A DNA stretch of 64,000 bases, taken from Geosiphon pyriformis uo1. Taxonomy: Eukaryota > Fungi > Glomeromycota. Each line of letters starts with the position of its first letter. Position 1 is the first letter of the stretch. The notes beneath the pieces were generated by a model. That model saw only the letters and a list, made by a program, of their open reading frames with translations, made no database searches and was not told where the DNA came from. Below, piece by piece: positions 37,224 to 51,169 of the stretch. The stretch is taken from contig JAAOMT010000790.1 of assembly GCA_016748015.1 (NCBI GenBank), positions 13,479 to 77,478 of the forward strand. Reading direction: 5' to 3'. A program made the position numbers and the translations under genes.

Positions 37224-37968
37224 ATGAATTCTATACAAGATTGGTAAAAAAATTTTCAAATTTAGGTATCAAAAAATTTTAAATTTTAAATATCTCTTTT
37301 AATTTTCGTAGCTCCTTTAAATGGAACCAATTGAACAAAAAAGGTACCCAAATTCTTGAGAATCTATTCATCGATTTAACAGCGCTTAGTCATGATGACC
37401 TTGATTCACAAGGTACAAAATATAAAGATGAGGTATCACTTGCCCAACGAGGAGCAGGGATACAGTTAATGGACCTTATGAAAGAATGTAATATTGGTTT
37501 TTTGATATACTATTATCATATATTTAATATAATGAATAATTTTGAAGATAAAAAATTTATTTAAATTTATTTTTCGCCATGAAAAAAGTGCGCCTCATAT
37601 TAGATTCAATGTATACGACTTACACCCAAATAATTAATTACATGGATCAAAATCTCATTAAAAATCTTGAAAAAGAACAAGAATTAAAGGTCAATACATT
37701 TATCGTTTCTTTTTTGAATTAAATCAAGTCTTAATCTCTTATAAATCAAATAAACTTAAATTTTTAAATATAGCAAGAGGAAATGAAAGAAATTGACCAA
37801 ATAACAACATACCTTTCCATGTTCGAAAAAGAATACAAACTAAAAGAAACTATCGTAAAATCAATAATACTTGATGGCTCACCAACTCGGGAACAAATTT
37901 CTACGGTTTTGGTATCACTATGGCGAACACAACCATATATTGATGAGAAATTTGAATGGGAATTGTGA
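37224..37968 (+). CDS. CINP-like protein (CDK2-interacting protein family), spliced
   Basis: KWNQLNKKG, MFEKEYKLKETIVKSI and LVSLWRTQPYID match my recollection of human CINP (KWETLNDAG, MYRKELLLKRTVAKEL, YLSMWLHQPYVE). The start codon is uncertain. Confidence 0.65.
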
Positions 37969-38331
37969 AATTATTCTTTGAGAAAAATAAAAAATAAAGA
38001 GAAACATTGAGATTCATGTTATAAATATACTTTTCTCAAGATTGTTTGCTGTTGGATGATTTTATCAAATTGAATAAAGATAAATTTAAACAAACTCTAG
38101 ATAATTATCAAGAAAAAAAGTGTCTTTTCTCAAATATCATTTACATTTTTCCATCTAAATCATTATTTATTTAATTTTATTTAAAATTTTATTATCAAAG
38201 TTTGCATTTAGCAAAAAATTATATAACTGACTTGAATATTATTAAAGTTGGTATATTGATAAGTATTCAATTTTGAATATAATACTTGTTATATATTTTA
38301 TTTTAATTATATTATTATAAATGCTTTCTTA

Positions 38332-38335
<4 letters not shown>

Positions 38336-38383
<48 letters not shown>
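38336..38383. repeat. (TTA)n microsatellite
   Basis: Direct reading; a shorter (TTA)n lies at 35237-35263. Confidence 0.9.
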
Positions 38384-39476
38384 CAGAAATATAAAAAATA
38401 TTCCAATACTTAATGTCTTTTGTTATATGATTTTTATTTTATTGGGTAACCTGATTATTTACATAAAAAACTTTTTCTCCACGTCTAATCATGAGAAAGT
38501 AGGTTTATATCTTAAATCTCTAGAGAAAATTGCTAATCATGAGAATGACAAAAGACAAGCACATATTCTGATTGAAAAATACAGAAAGACAAGTGTAAGC
38601 TTAGAAATTTTGAGTTAATTTTAAGGTTTTGGTGGTGTGACAGGAATCTAAAAGGTTTCTGTCATTCAAGATTAAAAGGCGAGCCACGAAGCTAATCTTA
38701 GGCCCCAAATAATCTAGAAGGTTATCTGAAGTTCAAGGCTAGAAGCTGAAACTGTGGGATGAATAAAAAGCCAGAAAAAAAGTCAGCAGAACTGAAACGT
38801 ATTTCTCTTTATGCTTTTCAATTTTAAGAAAACGGTTTCGCGATTGGTGACGGTCCTTAGAATCACGAGATTCTCTAAAGGAGCAAGAGATGATAGTTAT
38901 GATGGAAAACTCATTGGGACAGTTTAAGTTGAAACATGATAAGAATTTGAGCAGCTTAGAGAGCATTTAGGGCGAATTCGCTCAGAATTACAATTTTCTG
39001 AAACAGGTCAAATAGACTGCTATTCACAATGAAAAAAACACGATAATAAGTTTCATCCAAACTATTAAAACAGTAAAATATCTGCTTAACAAATTAAAAA
39101 TAACTTTCAACGTTGATAATTTGGATCATTAAAAACTAAAAATGAGTATTTTTTTTCTTTGTTTTACTAATCACGATTTTTTATAAATTTCCTATTGCGT
39201 CTTATTAAACACCGAAAGGCAAGTGCCTTTTAAGGCTTTGAAGTATTTGGTTGTATTCAGAAACTAAGCAATTAAATCATCACCTAGTTTTTTTGATGGG
39301 ACACATTTAAGGCAATGTGTGCCAATCGAGATTCGATCATATTCCAAATAATTGTTATCAAATAATATTCTGCCAAGTGTCGGTCCTCACACCATAAAAA
39401 CTTATCTAATAAAAGTAACGTTCTCTGAAGCGGCCTTACTTCATACTTTGAATTAAAAGATTCTTGTTCACGAAAG

Positions 39477-40391
39477 ATGTCTTCTTTAATATTGGCCTTC
39501 GGCTACATTGGCGGGATGTTGCTAGTGATGAGCACTTTTTCATACTTTTGGCGAAGACGAAAAAATGGTATTGTTTCGTTAATTTCATTTAATTTTTGCA
39601 ACTCAAAGATAAAAAGTACCTTAGTTTTTCCTATTGGATTCTTCTTCTGGTGTTTATAGTTTGGTTTGTTACCAAAATCTTAAACTTTAGTTGTTAGGAA
39701 TATCAAGGGAAATTTTGAACAATCAAAGTTTTCTCTTCCTTTAATTACCATTACTTCATATTTATTGATGGATCTAATTTATTGATTTTGCCAAAAAAAA
39801 ATTACCAAACTTCCAGCTGATTCAAGCTACGAGCCATGGTTTGCTGAAAATCGGGATAGAGACATATATATCTCTCTTATACAAAAAACTGATCCACCTG
39901 CGGATGAGTTATTGCTCAGAAGCGCGTTATTACGGCGCGCAATGACTGATTATCAACGACTTTCGAAATTACGTGAAGATAAACAAGCGCTATTAAACCT
40001 TGTACAACGAGGAGCTGTTGGGGATGATTTATGGACAATTCTGATGGATGCAGAAAAAGAACTTGAACAAGAGCTCATGGATGTAGTTTCTGAGGCAAAT
40101 ACCTTTACAGAAAATTGGGGACAATTTATTTTTCAGAACGCGAGTGAAATGGTAAAGCATCAAAGGATCAAAGATCTCAAAAGAGAGATGAAGGAATTAA
40201 AGGAAAAGGAGGAGAAGGCTGCGAAGCGGAGAGAGGAAAGGGAAAGGATTGGCGCGGAAGAAAATGAAAGAAAAGAGAGAGCAAGATCAGAAAAAGAACG
40301 GAAAAAGGCTCAAGAAGAATTGTTAAAAGATGAAGCTCAGAAAAAGAAGAAAATATCAGAAAAGGACAAAGGAAAAGGAAAAAAGAAATAG
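39477..40391 (+). CDS. SEC66: ER translocation protein Sec66/Sec71
   Basis: N-terminal TM helix then FWRRRK; EPWF; LLRSALLRRA; GAVGDDLW; VVSEANTFTENWGQFIF; one intron at ~39568-39816. Confidence 0.9.
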
Positions 40392-40778
40392 AGAATGGAG
40401 TCAAAATAAAACAAGCTATAACACTCAAAAATGTCATCAGGCTACAAACACTTGTATAAATAATTCGAATAGAGGTACTGCCCATGCATGATCACAGATC
40501 ATACCTTTTTCTTGTATATTTCTAGCATTCTGGCACCTGTTCAACTAGCTTTCATCTTAACCGCTGTTTTGATGCTAAAGATCACATCAAAAATGTATTG
40601 TGATTTGCCATCTTGTAGAAAAAAAATAGTAATAAGGATTAGATCTGCATATTTGACATATAATACTTTAGGTGATGAAATTCATCAATTATGAAAACAA
40701 CTTAGAGGAATACCGTATTAGCAAAAAGTTGAGATCGAAGTCTGAATTTATATTGTTTATATTATAATAGAAAGAATT

Positions 40779-43067
40779 TCACATCTTGTTTAATGGGGTT
40801 AAACCCAACAATTTTAGACCATTGCCCAATGTTATTTTAGCTGCCCAGAAGAGCAAGAGTCTCGGCTCAGCAATCTCTTCTTTCATTTCTTTAACCCTTA
40901 AAACTCTAACCGCTTGGGAGATGCTATGCGCGAGGTTAAATAAATAATTTGCTAAAATCGATGGCTGGAATTTTTGAAACGATCTCCATACAAAATCTGG
41001 ATATTGGGAAATCTGAAAAGCTAGTTCAAACGCTTCTGGCTCTTGAAGAATGCTGGAATCAGCAGAGGTGTTCAAGCTAACATTTGCCTTTTCCTCGATT
41101 CTTTTTCATATAAGCATATAAATTAGTCATGTCATTGAATCCAACTTGTATGAAATCCAATTTATAAGTTTTAAGATACTTACCCACTCAATCTGGCGTG
41201 TGCATATTGTAAATATACCCCCGTATCCCCCCTCGACCCCGTCATTCGTTCCCATGAAAAATCATAGTCTTTAATCCTATCCCGTTGAAAGTCTTGAACC
41301 ACTACTGCTGAGATTCCCACTATATCTGCGACCTTCTCAGCTACAGCCTCACCATATGATGACAATATATCTATATCCTCTTTTTGCCCTGCCTCATTAT
41401 TCTTTTTAATTTGATTTGAGAAAGAACCCTCCAAATGGGCTAAGTTTTTTTGGGGATTGATACCTTCCAAAATTTCCTTATATTTGTCCTGATTCTCTTT
41501 CATTATATCAAGCATTTGTTGCTGTGCAGTGTCTAATAAATCTTGGAGAAAAACAGCTGTACCTCGGCGAGTTGACATTCCATTTATAATTCCAAAGTCA
41601 ATATGTTGTAACCAATTCTCCTTTTTTTCATTGTTAGTTATATCTAGCAATTCCAAGATTTTGAATAATCTTTGAAAATGGAGTTTCTGCGATACGCCCA
41701 CTACATAATACATTTGGTCAAATTTATATTTTTCTTTCCGATCTAGAGCGGCTGCGATATCCCGAATCAAGTATAAAGACGTCTCATTTGTTCGTTTGAG
41801 CACAGGTGAACCCAAATTGAAATTTTCTAAATTCACTTTAACAGAACCATCAGATTCCTCTTGCAATAATCCTTTGGATCGCAATAAAGAGTGGACTTTA
41901 TCGACATCATTGCGTATTTGAGATTCACCTGAGTATACGTCAAATTCAATGTTGAGCCGCTTGTAAATTTTCTGATATTCATTTATGCTTAAGTTTCGAA
42001 ATTCATCCCATAATCGTATAAGAGATTCGTCGCCTTGTATAAAAAGACGAGTTAATCATACTCCTCAAATATCAACCGAGAACCAACGGAAATTTACCAT
42101 CTTCCATTTTCTTAAAATACTGGTTCGCCTCTTCGCTGATCTCGGGACTATCTTTAATTTGGGTGCTTATTTTAACATAAACCTCGTGTAGATGATGAAT
42201 GGGGTTCTGAATCAATTCTTCACGCGATCCAAACTTGTTAAATCCTATGGCCAAAAGCCCTAAAATAAAATAACCCAGAAATAAGAAGTCCGAAATATCC
42301 ACTACTTCAGGAATTCACAATGAAAAGATAATTACCATACTGTTTTCCCCAGTCCCCTAAATAGTTTAAGCTAATTGTTTTAAATCCCATCGCCTCATGT
42401 ATCCTCTTTACAAAATTTCCAAGGATAGTGCTTCTTAAATGTCCAGCATGGAAAGGTTTCGCAATATTTGGAGAACTGAAATCAATCAAAACTGTCTTTC
42501 CATCTCCAATGTCACGGCAAGTGCCATAAGCTTCTTTTTCATTTACGACTTGATAAAGAACTTGCTTTATGAATTCTGCACGTTGGACATGAAAATTGAG
42601 GTATGTTCCAGATGAGGTTACGCTCGAAATGAACTCGTCAGATTGAAACTATTAAGTTATTGAATAAGGGAAAGCTATTGATACAAGGAAACTAGCAAGG
42701 CTGAATGCATTGCTCCGATATTTTTTAACGACAATGCAATGTGCTCGACCGTGCGATTTCCAACCTTCTCTATCAACCCTTTTGCATGTTCAACAGGATT
42801 AACTTCTTCGATCTCTTTATCTAAATTTTCGCGGGTTTCTTTGGTTAATTTTCTTCGTTCCTCTTGACCATCAGGCCTTGATGCAAGCAATTTCAGTACT
42901 GGCAAACTAAACTGCCCTTTCTGCTTTACTTTGGGGTGTTCTAAAAGATGTATAAGTTGAGCTTCAGGCTGCCCTGTTTGTCGTGATAGCTGGAGCGCTA
43001 TTGCTTTTTTGAAATTCAATACTGCTATACTAGATAGAGACTTAGGAAAGAGGGGGGTCAGTGACAT
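40779..43067 (-). CDS. Arginyl-tRNA synthetase (fungal/mitochondrial RARS2-type), spliced
   Basis: DFSSPNIAKPFHAGHLRSTILG (HIGH), NYLGDWGKQY, GMSTRRG, GDTGVYLQYAHARL and a C-terminal anticodon domain ending GLKLLGLTPLNKM. Confidence 0.95.
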
Positions 43068-43278
43068 TCTTTAGGGTTTGAGTGTTGCGAATTTTTGAAG
43101 AAAATAATATAATGGCTAAGCTCGAGTTTTATCTTGCAGATCATACCTAATAGAAGCGCTCATTGTCTCACAAGATAATAGAATGTTAATCTTGGACTCG
43201 ATTTTAAATTTATAGGTAGTACTTTATCACTTCCCAACCATTCAGAAACCTCAACTTGAGGTTTTCTACATTTTAGAA

Positions 43279-44241
43279 ATGCCAAAGTTTAGAAAGAAAC
43301 ATGCCAAGACCCTTCCTACAAAATCTTGCTTCTCAAGAATTTCGAGTGAGCCAAGTTCTATCTGCCACTTTACATCAATGGCTCCCGAAATTTTGATTGA
43401 TATTTGTGGTTTCCTCCCACCTGAAGATTTGAATCGCTTAGGGCTCACCTGCAAAAAGCTGTTTGATTTTTTATTCTCAACCTCGGAATCGACTCAATTG
43501 ATTTGGGGACATTCTCGTAAGAGTTACTCCGGCTTTCATCTACAACTTCCAACACCAGAAGGAATGTCCGAGTTAGAATATACTAAGTTGGTTTATGGAA
43601 AGAAGTGCCAATTCTGTTACGCTCCCGATTCTAAAATCGATTGGAATTTTAAAGTAAGATCCTGTCAATTCTGCTTAAACCAGAAAATTGGAACGTATGT
43701 ATCATCTATCATGAGTCTTTTGAATATACTTAGTTCAATCTAACTTTCTTTGATGGCTTGATGGAGTATGATTTACATTATGGCCAAGCATCCGGTGAGA
43801 ATGCCCGAATCGATCTGGAAAACGTTACCTTCCTGCTTGAATACCAAAAGCAATCGGGTATTTTGGATTACAGAGGTCATAGCTCGTCATAAAGAGTATA
43901 TAACGCTTGATGAAGAAGCAAGGAAAGTATGGCTTTCCGAAAAGACTGTACAGCATTTGAAATATGTTGAGGATAGAGCTCATCGTGAAGGCCTTTACGA
44001 ACGCTTTATCCAGAATAAAAGAGAAAAGGATCGTATTGCCAAAAAAAAACTTGCAGCAGCAATCGATGCCAAAATCACGGAATATTGCTGCCAACATCCA
44101 AAATATAAATTTCACCAAATGAAGAGATTACCTGGTTATTTTTTGGCAGTTCTAGTCGCCAATGAGTTCACAGAGAATGGATGGAAAATATTACTCAAGA
44201 AATTGATTAAAGAATACGAAAGAGGCCAATTTAGAGGCTAG
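43279..44241 (+). CDS. F-box protein
   Basis: SMAPEILIDICGFLPPEDLNRLGLTCKKL F-box, followed by PEGMSELEY and paired CQFC motifs; one intron near 43696. Confidence 0.8.
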
Positions 44242-44786
44242 ACCATCTGCTCTACGTTTAATATCAAAATTACGAAATCAAATGGAGAGGTTGCACCATC
44301 TGAAACAGTACAGCTTTACATCAGCCTTCGAAATGTTTGCTTGAGCATTAGTGAAATTGAAATATCAGCCATTACCAAAAAAAGGCCTCGAACGTTTATA
44401 TGCTCCCGGTTCAAAAAGATTCTTAATTGGTCATTTTATTAAATAGGCCTTCCAAGATTGTTTGGTTATACAATATGTACTCTAAAATGACTTCATCGAA
44501 CGTATCAAACGTTATGCATTTATTGCTCTATGACGGAAATTTTAATGTTTTTAAAATTCTTGGGAAGCTGAAAAGATGGCATTTCTTATATCTTCCATAC
44601 TTTGATTATATGCCATATTTGTCTCAATAAATGTTCTTTCTGTTTTCCATACCTTAAGATGAACCAAAAATATATAGTAGTAAAAAAGACATATCAAAAA
44701 AAAATTTCGGCTCAGTGATAATAAGGTACTTTTCATTGCTGTCATCTTTCTTTTCTCTTCTTGTTTGGATATAAACATCTGTCTTT

Positions 44787-45183
44787 TTACGCTCCGCCAC
44801 TGTGAAATTTTGTCATAAAAAAGATAGATGTTAATGGAAAAATAAAGGAACCACATCCCAACTACATAATTAATGATGCAATATAAAATTTAAGTACTTA
44901 CACTAAAATGTTATTGATAGGAATGTGAATCAATTTTACAAAAAACCCAATGAAGCCCATAACGAAGAAGCCCATCGCAACAGCCTGGGAGATTTTGATG
45001 AACTCTATACCAAATTACAGGAGTTGGTCAATTTTTAAGACGAATTCAAGCGAGGAAAAGTATAGGGCTCAATTTAAAATACAAACCCCGCCGATCTGGT
45101 TTCGTGCATCTATTCAAAAACTGTGTTCCTTCTTTAACAAACTGTTTGGGGGTCTCGACGAATTCTTTAAGATGTTCAGACAT
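44787..45183 (-). CDS. SSS1: Sec61 gamma subunit, 70 aa, 3 exons (45183-45087, 45004-44902, 44799-44787)
   Basis: Spliced product [70 protein letters not shown] with canonical GT-AG introns. Confidence 0.96.
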
Positions 45184-45432
45184 TGTGTTTTATATTGAGG
45201 TTTAAACCAGAGTGCGAGTAAAAAAGAGAAAAGCAAGGTGAGGCTCGGGGAGTACTTACGACAAAGTATTGGCTTTCGAAGGCTTTGTGAATGGGTTTTT
45301 ATCAGTAAAAGAACCAATGAAGGGATGCCACAAAAACGTTTGGTAAAACGATGTGTCACAACAGATTGTCATTTTATTGGTTTTTTATAAAAAAAAAAAA
45401 AATTTCGAAATAATCGAAAAAGGAAATACATA

Positions 45433-46696
45433 ATGTTAAAAACCATGTAAGGTCTCCTGAAAAATGTATTTCAAATTTTTGGAAAAAAAAAATTCAATCT
45501 CTTCAAACTTTTTCGAATGGCAGAAAACCGAAAACTGCGAAATCAGCTCGTGCCCATAAAAAACGGGAACCCAAACTTCAAGAGAACCCAAAAACGGCGA
45601 TATTTATTCGTGGACACAAAACAAGTAATATCGTCAATATAGCTCTTAGTGATTTGGTAGAATCTTCATATTATTTTTGCCTCTTAGCAAATAAAACGAT
45701 AGAAATCAAACCATTGATGGCTAATTTCTTAAAAATTTTTAGTGTGCGCTTAAAAAGCCTGATGCTATTACATTTTCAAAAAAGAACGAGATCTTACCCT
45801 TCGAGAATACTACCTCGTTAGAGTTTTTTACCCAGAAGAACGACGCATCCTTGTTCGTCATTGGGCAACATTCAAAAAAACGACCACATAATTTGATATT
45901 TATTCGAATGTTTGATGGACAAGTCTTGGATATGGTCGAAGTGGGAATTGAAAAATCAAAACCTATTGCTGATTTTAAGGTACTTCACTCACAAATTTGA
46001 AATCATATTTTGTGAAAAAATTAAAAATTTCCTGTACACTACTTGAAACTTCAAAATAGACACCAAAGTGCGCTATCGGCATGAAACCATGCTTCATCTT
46101 TAATGGGGATCTATTTGATAGATCGGAATTACACAAAAAATTTAAAAATATGTTACTCGATCTCTTTCATGGGAAAACCGTTAAATCGGTAAATCTTTCG
46201 GGGCTTGAACATGTCATTTCTGTCACTGCTGGTCCGCAAAAAGGAGATGATTCCGCGACAAGTGTAATCTATTTTCGTGTTTACACAGTGCAAACGAAAA
46301 AATCCGGGCAACGGACACCACGGATTGAGCTTGAAGAAATGGGACCCAGCTTTGATTTCCGAATGCGAAGAACGAAATTTGCGAAAGATGAAGTTTATAA
46401 AGCAGCCACACGGGTTCCCAGAGAATTGAAGGTATTTTGGGCTTTAATCATTTTAATTAATTTTTCTGCATCAAAAAATTGATTTCACATAAATTACACT
46501 TTAGCCAAAGAAAATTAAGAATATTGATCTGAATGAAATTGGTGATCGAGTTGGCCGAATTCATCTTGGAAGACAAGATTTAAGCAAATTGCAAACAAGG
46601 AAGATGAAAGGGCTTAAGCGGGGTTCCCGAGAAGAGAAAATGGATATTGATGATAAGCAAGAAGATGAGAAGCCAATAAAGAGGCAAAAAACTTAA
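45433..46696 (+). CDS. RPF2: Ribosome production factor 2 (Brix domain), spliced
   Basis: REPKLQENPK, ILPFENTTSLEFFTQKNDASLF, HSKKRPHNL, KPCFIFNG, RIELEEMGP, GRIHLGRQDLSKLQTRKMKGLK. Confidence 0.95.
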
Positions 46697-46891
46697 GTTA
46701 ATATCTTAAAAATTTGGTGTCTAATGTGGTAGAAAGAACCATTTCAAAAAACAGTGAAATTTATGATATCCTTTGGGCGAATTACACAAAGTTAAAAATC
46801 AGGATAAAATGATACCCAAATATTTCAAATTCAAAGAGATGAGTTTCTAAAACACATATTTGATATTATTTCTTGATGGCTTTCATTAAGA

Positions 46892-47699
46892 TTATTCTTG
46901 TATTTTCTGAGTTTATGGCTTTTCTTCAAATTTGAGGCTAACACTGTTTACACAGTGTCGTTCATCGGCTTCAGTGAACTTCCATCCTTCACCCTTTCAA
47001 ACATGAATCAATAAAATTACAAATGATCAATCACTATATTCTGATTAAAGTGTAAGAAAAATGAGACCTACTGGATATACCTTGAAGACGTGTCCTAAAT
47101 GGCCTCCACAAGAGGAGCAAGTAATTTCTGTTCGCGTTACACCATGAGAATAATCATTATGACGTTGAATAGCACCTAAAGAAAGTATTTCTGAAAATAA
47201 GATCCTTGAATTTTTTTGATAAATCTATCAACGTTTTGTACCTGGAATTGCGTCGAAAAAGGCAGGCCAGCCGCATCCAGAATCAAATTTAGTGTCTGAT
47301 ATATATAATGGTGCATTGCAAGCCGCACATTGATAAACACCTAATTAGATGAATCAACAAAAAGAAAGCAATTTAATTTGCAAATTTAAAAGTAATTTTA
47401 ATTCCATCTCATGTATTTTTACCTTTTCCTTTGAATTTGTTATACTCGCCAGTACCAGATACTTCAGTACCCTTTAGACGTATCACGCGAAACTGTTCAG
47501 GGGAAAGAATGGCACGCCATTCTGCTTCACTTTTTTGATTTGCCATTTTATTGAAATTAGTGGGGGTTGCGATGATGTTATCTACGAATTTTGAAGAAAA
47601 TCCCTTTGTCAAAAAAAAAGAAGCAGCTATCAATGATGTAGTGGTTAGGAAGTGAGGACGATATTTGGTAATCTGAGGCCTAAAGAGACGATAGAACAT
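46892..47699 (-). CDS. MSRB: Methionine-R-sulfoxide reductase MsrB (SelR family), spliced
   Basis: [58 protein letters not shown]. Confidence 0.95.
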
Positions 47700-48162
47700 T
47701 TGACTTTGTGAGTTTTATAATGAATTCAGTGAAGGTCCCCGGCTTTTGCATGCATGACGTTACTTACGCAACCTATTTGTTGATTGCTTAGGAAAGATTG
47801 TACATAATGAAAAAAGCTTTGAAACAATGAATTCCCAAATCGGGAATTTTTCGCTTGTTGAATAGATTGAATACAAATAGCAAAATTAATTTTTAGTGTC
47901 ATTTCGCCATTTTGAGGCAAATTTGTCCACAATTAATGTTAAAAATAATAACGGTACTTTTCGATTCAAGGAATTGACTTATACCAAAAACGGGAAGGCT
48001 ATTTGATATTTGAGAAGATATCACTGGTTGTATTTATCAATATAATTAAAAAAATATATTATTAATAATCGATCATGACTAATTTTGACTATCTGAATCA
48101 ATCAATAAAAATGGCATTAGGATTATGTTAGCTGGCCAAGAAATAGCTTTTTCATAAGAAAC

Positions 48163-50917
48163 ATGCCACTTCCAAAATCTAAAAAAACAAGTGGTCTTGG
48201 AAAAGCCATTATCAGAGATCGCTTTAAAGGAAACTCACGTCCTAGAGATGGGGATACTACATTGGTACATGCCTCTTATTCTCGCTTTATAAACATCAGG
48301 CAATCTTGAGTGATCCTAACATGTCTTCGAATCATTTTGTTGACAGCACACAACTGATCTTGATGATGGAGCAAGCTGGGGAAAGCTGCGTTCCATTACT
48401 CAAGAACGCAATCTAGACGAGTTCCTAAATACAGCTCAATTGGCTGGAACAAGTTTCATCGCAGGCATGATTATTGTCGAAAAAACATTTAAGAATTAAT
48501 CTGAAAATTGATTTCTCATGCTTTCTCATGATCTGAATTCAGAGAAATTGAATATAAAGGTTGTGACAAACGGTTACAAGAACCCTTTCCTGCTTGACGT
48601 TGATCAAGAGCGAGAGATATTAGCAAGGCATGAGGCTAATAAAGAAAAGCTTACCATTCCTCGAAGGTATGTTTCAAAAACAATTTAACGTCTCAAATCT
48701 GTAATCAGAAAATTTTACACTTATCTCATCCTCCTCACTAAGGCCCAAATGGGATAGGACCACCACTAGCGAGGAATTAGAACGTAACGAAAAAGATGCT
48801 TTTTTGCAATGGCGACGTGATTTAGCCTAGTTAAGCTTTTCGAGTTTGTTACGTTTTTCAAATTTGAATCAACTAGTTATCAATTTTTAACTAACTTTAA
48901 AGAATCATCAATTGCAACAATAAACACCATCAGTCTCCAAGAACAGGAAAATTTTGTATTGACACCATTCGAACGCAATCTTGAAGTTTGGCGTCAATTG
49001 TGGCGTGTCATCGAACGATCAGATTTAGTTGTACAAATTGTGGATGCGCGAAATCCATTGTTTTATCGATCGACCGATCTCGAGAAATATGTGATAGAAG
49101 TTAACGAAAACAAAAAAAACTTATTGTTGATTAATAAAGCAGATTTCCTTTCTGCTAAGCAAAGGTAGAATAACTCGGATTTTATCCAAATGTATCATTA
49201 TTTAAAAGTAGCTCAAGCTGACAAACTTATATTAGGAAATCATGGGCTGATTATTTAGAATCGCGGAAAATTCGATTCGTATTTTTTTCGGCTGCTCTCG
49301 CACAGGAAAAACTCAAAAAAGAACAAGACGTAGAAAATGCAGAGCCTTGCACAAAAGAGGCACTATCTAGTGTATAGGTCAAGTTAAAATAATCTTGTTT
49401 ATTGTCTTAAATCAAACTAATTTAAATTAATATTAGGAAAATCTCGCCACACCATCTAAATCGAATTTGAATGGAAATTGGTTGGAAGTGACGGATAAAC
49501 ACGTTGATACTACAGAAAAAGAAATTCAGGAATTAAGTTCAGAAAATGCCCCCAACCCAGATAATACGATTTCTGGACTTGAAAGTGATCATCTTTCTGA
49601 AATTAAAGCATTGAGCCACGAGAACGTGGCGAATAAAAATATAACCAGAAATGTGATGCAGGCGTCTGAAGAAGATGAAAATATCCGCATTCTATCCGCA
49701 GGTGGCTTACTGTTATTACTAGAAGAGGAAGCAAGTCTGTTTGAAGGTATTTTTATTCAATTAAATTAAATTTTCTTCCTTATGAAAAGGTTCAGGTTTA
49801 ATTCAATTATTATCAGGTTTTTCCACCGAGGTTGATGTGAAAAAGCTCACTATTGGACTGGTTGGTTACCCTAACGTCGGGAAATCATCAACAATCAATG
49901 CTCTTTTAGGAGAAAAAAGGGTTTCAGTCTCATCAACCCCTGGGAAAACAAAACATTTTCAAACCATTCACCTGTCACCTTCGTTATTATTGTGCGATTG
50001 CCCTGGTTTAGTTTTTCCCAACTTTGCCACAACTAATGCAGAAATGGTCTGTAACGGTGTATTACCAATTGATCAACTTAGGGAATTTACTGGTCCTGTC
50101 GGATTAGTTGCTCAGCGAATTCCAAGAAATGTGCTCGAGTCAATCTATGGAATCAATATACGTACTAGAAGTTTAGAAGAAGGGGGAGATGGGGTCCCGA
50201 CCGCCGAAGAATTACTCGTTGCATATGCAGGTTTGTTTAACATTATTGTTGGCTTGTAATCCATAGGATACTTAATATATAACTTTTTTGGTTTAACATA
50301 GTTGCTCGTGGTTTCACCAAACCTAGTTACGGGCAGCCTGATGAATCCCGTGCCGCCAGATATATACTCAAAGATTATGTCAATGTATGTGGAAACATAA
50401 ATTTGATTTTCAGCTTTCAGTCTATATTTGATCTGTTTCACGCATCTAGGGGAAAATCCCATTCTGTCACCCACCACCGGGTGGCCCGCCACCCCAAGAT
50501 TTCAATGCAGAGCTATATGAATTGGCCGGTTTAATCAAAGCTAAGAAAGTAGCTATATCAAATGATGAGTCTTTTTCAAATTCATTTTCTTTGCTTGAGG
50601 GCTCATCACCGACCAATTCGGTACCTCTTACCGGAGACAAATCTCGCGCACTGGATAAATCATTTTTCCGCCCATCTACAGGTACAGGCGCTAAACTTAA
50701 AAGCTATAAAATTTTGATGGGCACGAATATAGCTGGAGGCTCTTTTAATCGTGTAAACATGTACCCAATACATGGTAAGATTGCCGATGACGGAAAACCA
50801 GTGGACATAGGTTCAACACAATTTGGGTTGGCAAAAAACTATATTATTGAGGGCAAGAAACATCACAAGAAAGGCAAAAAGAACATCAAGAATCGTAGTG
50901 GTGGGGGCTATGATTAA
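48163..50917 (+). CDS. LSG1: Large subunit GTPase 1 (circularly permuted GTPase), spliced
   Basis: TPFERNLEVWRQLWRVIERSDLVVQIVDARNP, NKAD, GYPNVGKSS, STPGKTKHFQT, DCPG. Confidence 0.96.
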
Positions 50918-51169
50918 GGAATGCCTAAAATAATGAATTATATTGTGATCTTAAGTTATTAATTTTTTGATGCTAGAGAATATAATTATTACAGAATAAT
51001 ATATTAATAATATTTGGAATCGATTCGCAAAAGCGTGATTTGGACTATTAATTAGGATAAGTAGTATCGTTACCTTTTGTACGATAAACGAAATCGGGAA
51101 ATCCTCATCTCTATGGTATTTTGAGTTTCAAATTGGTTTGATTAAAAAGGACTGATGGAATGACAAAGC

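Noticed and set aside
47727-48005. RNase MRP-like GAAGGTCCCCGG motif
   Set aside because: No convincing complementary 3' conserved region, and it lies in the MsrB/LSG1 promoter. An Infernal search would settle it.
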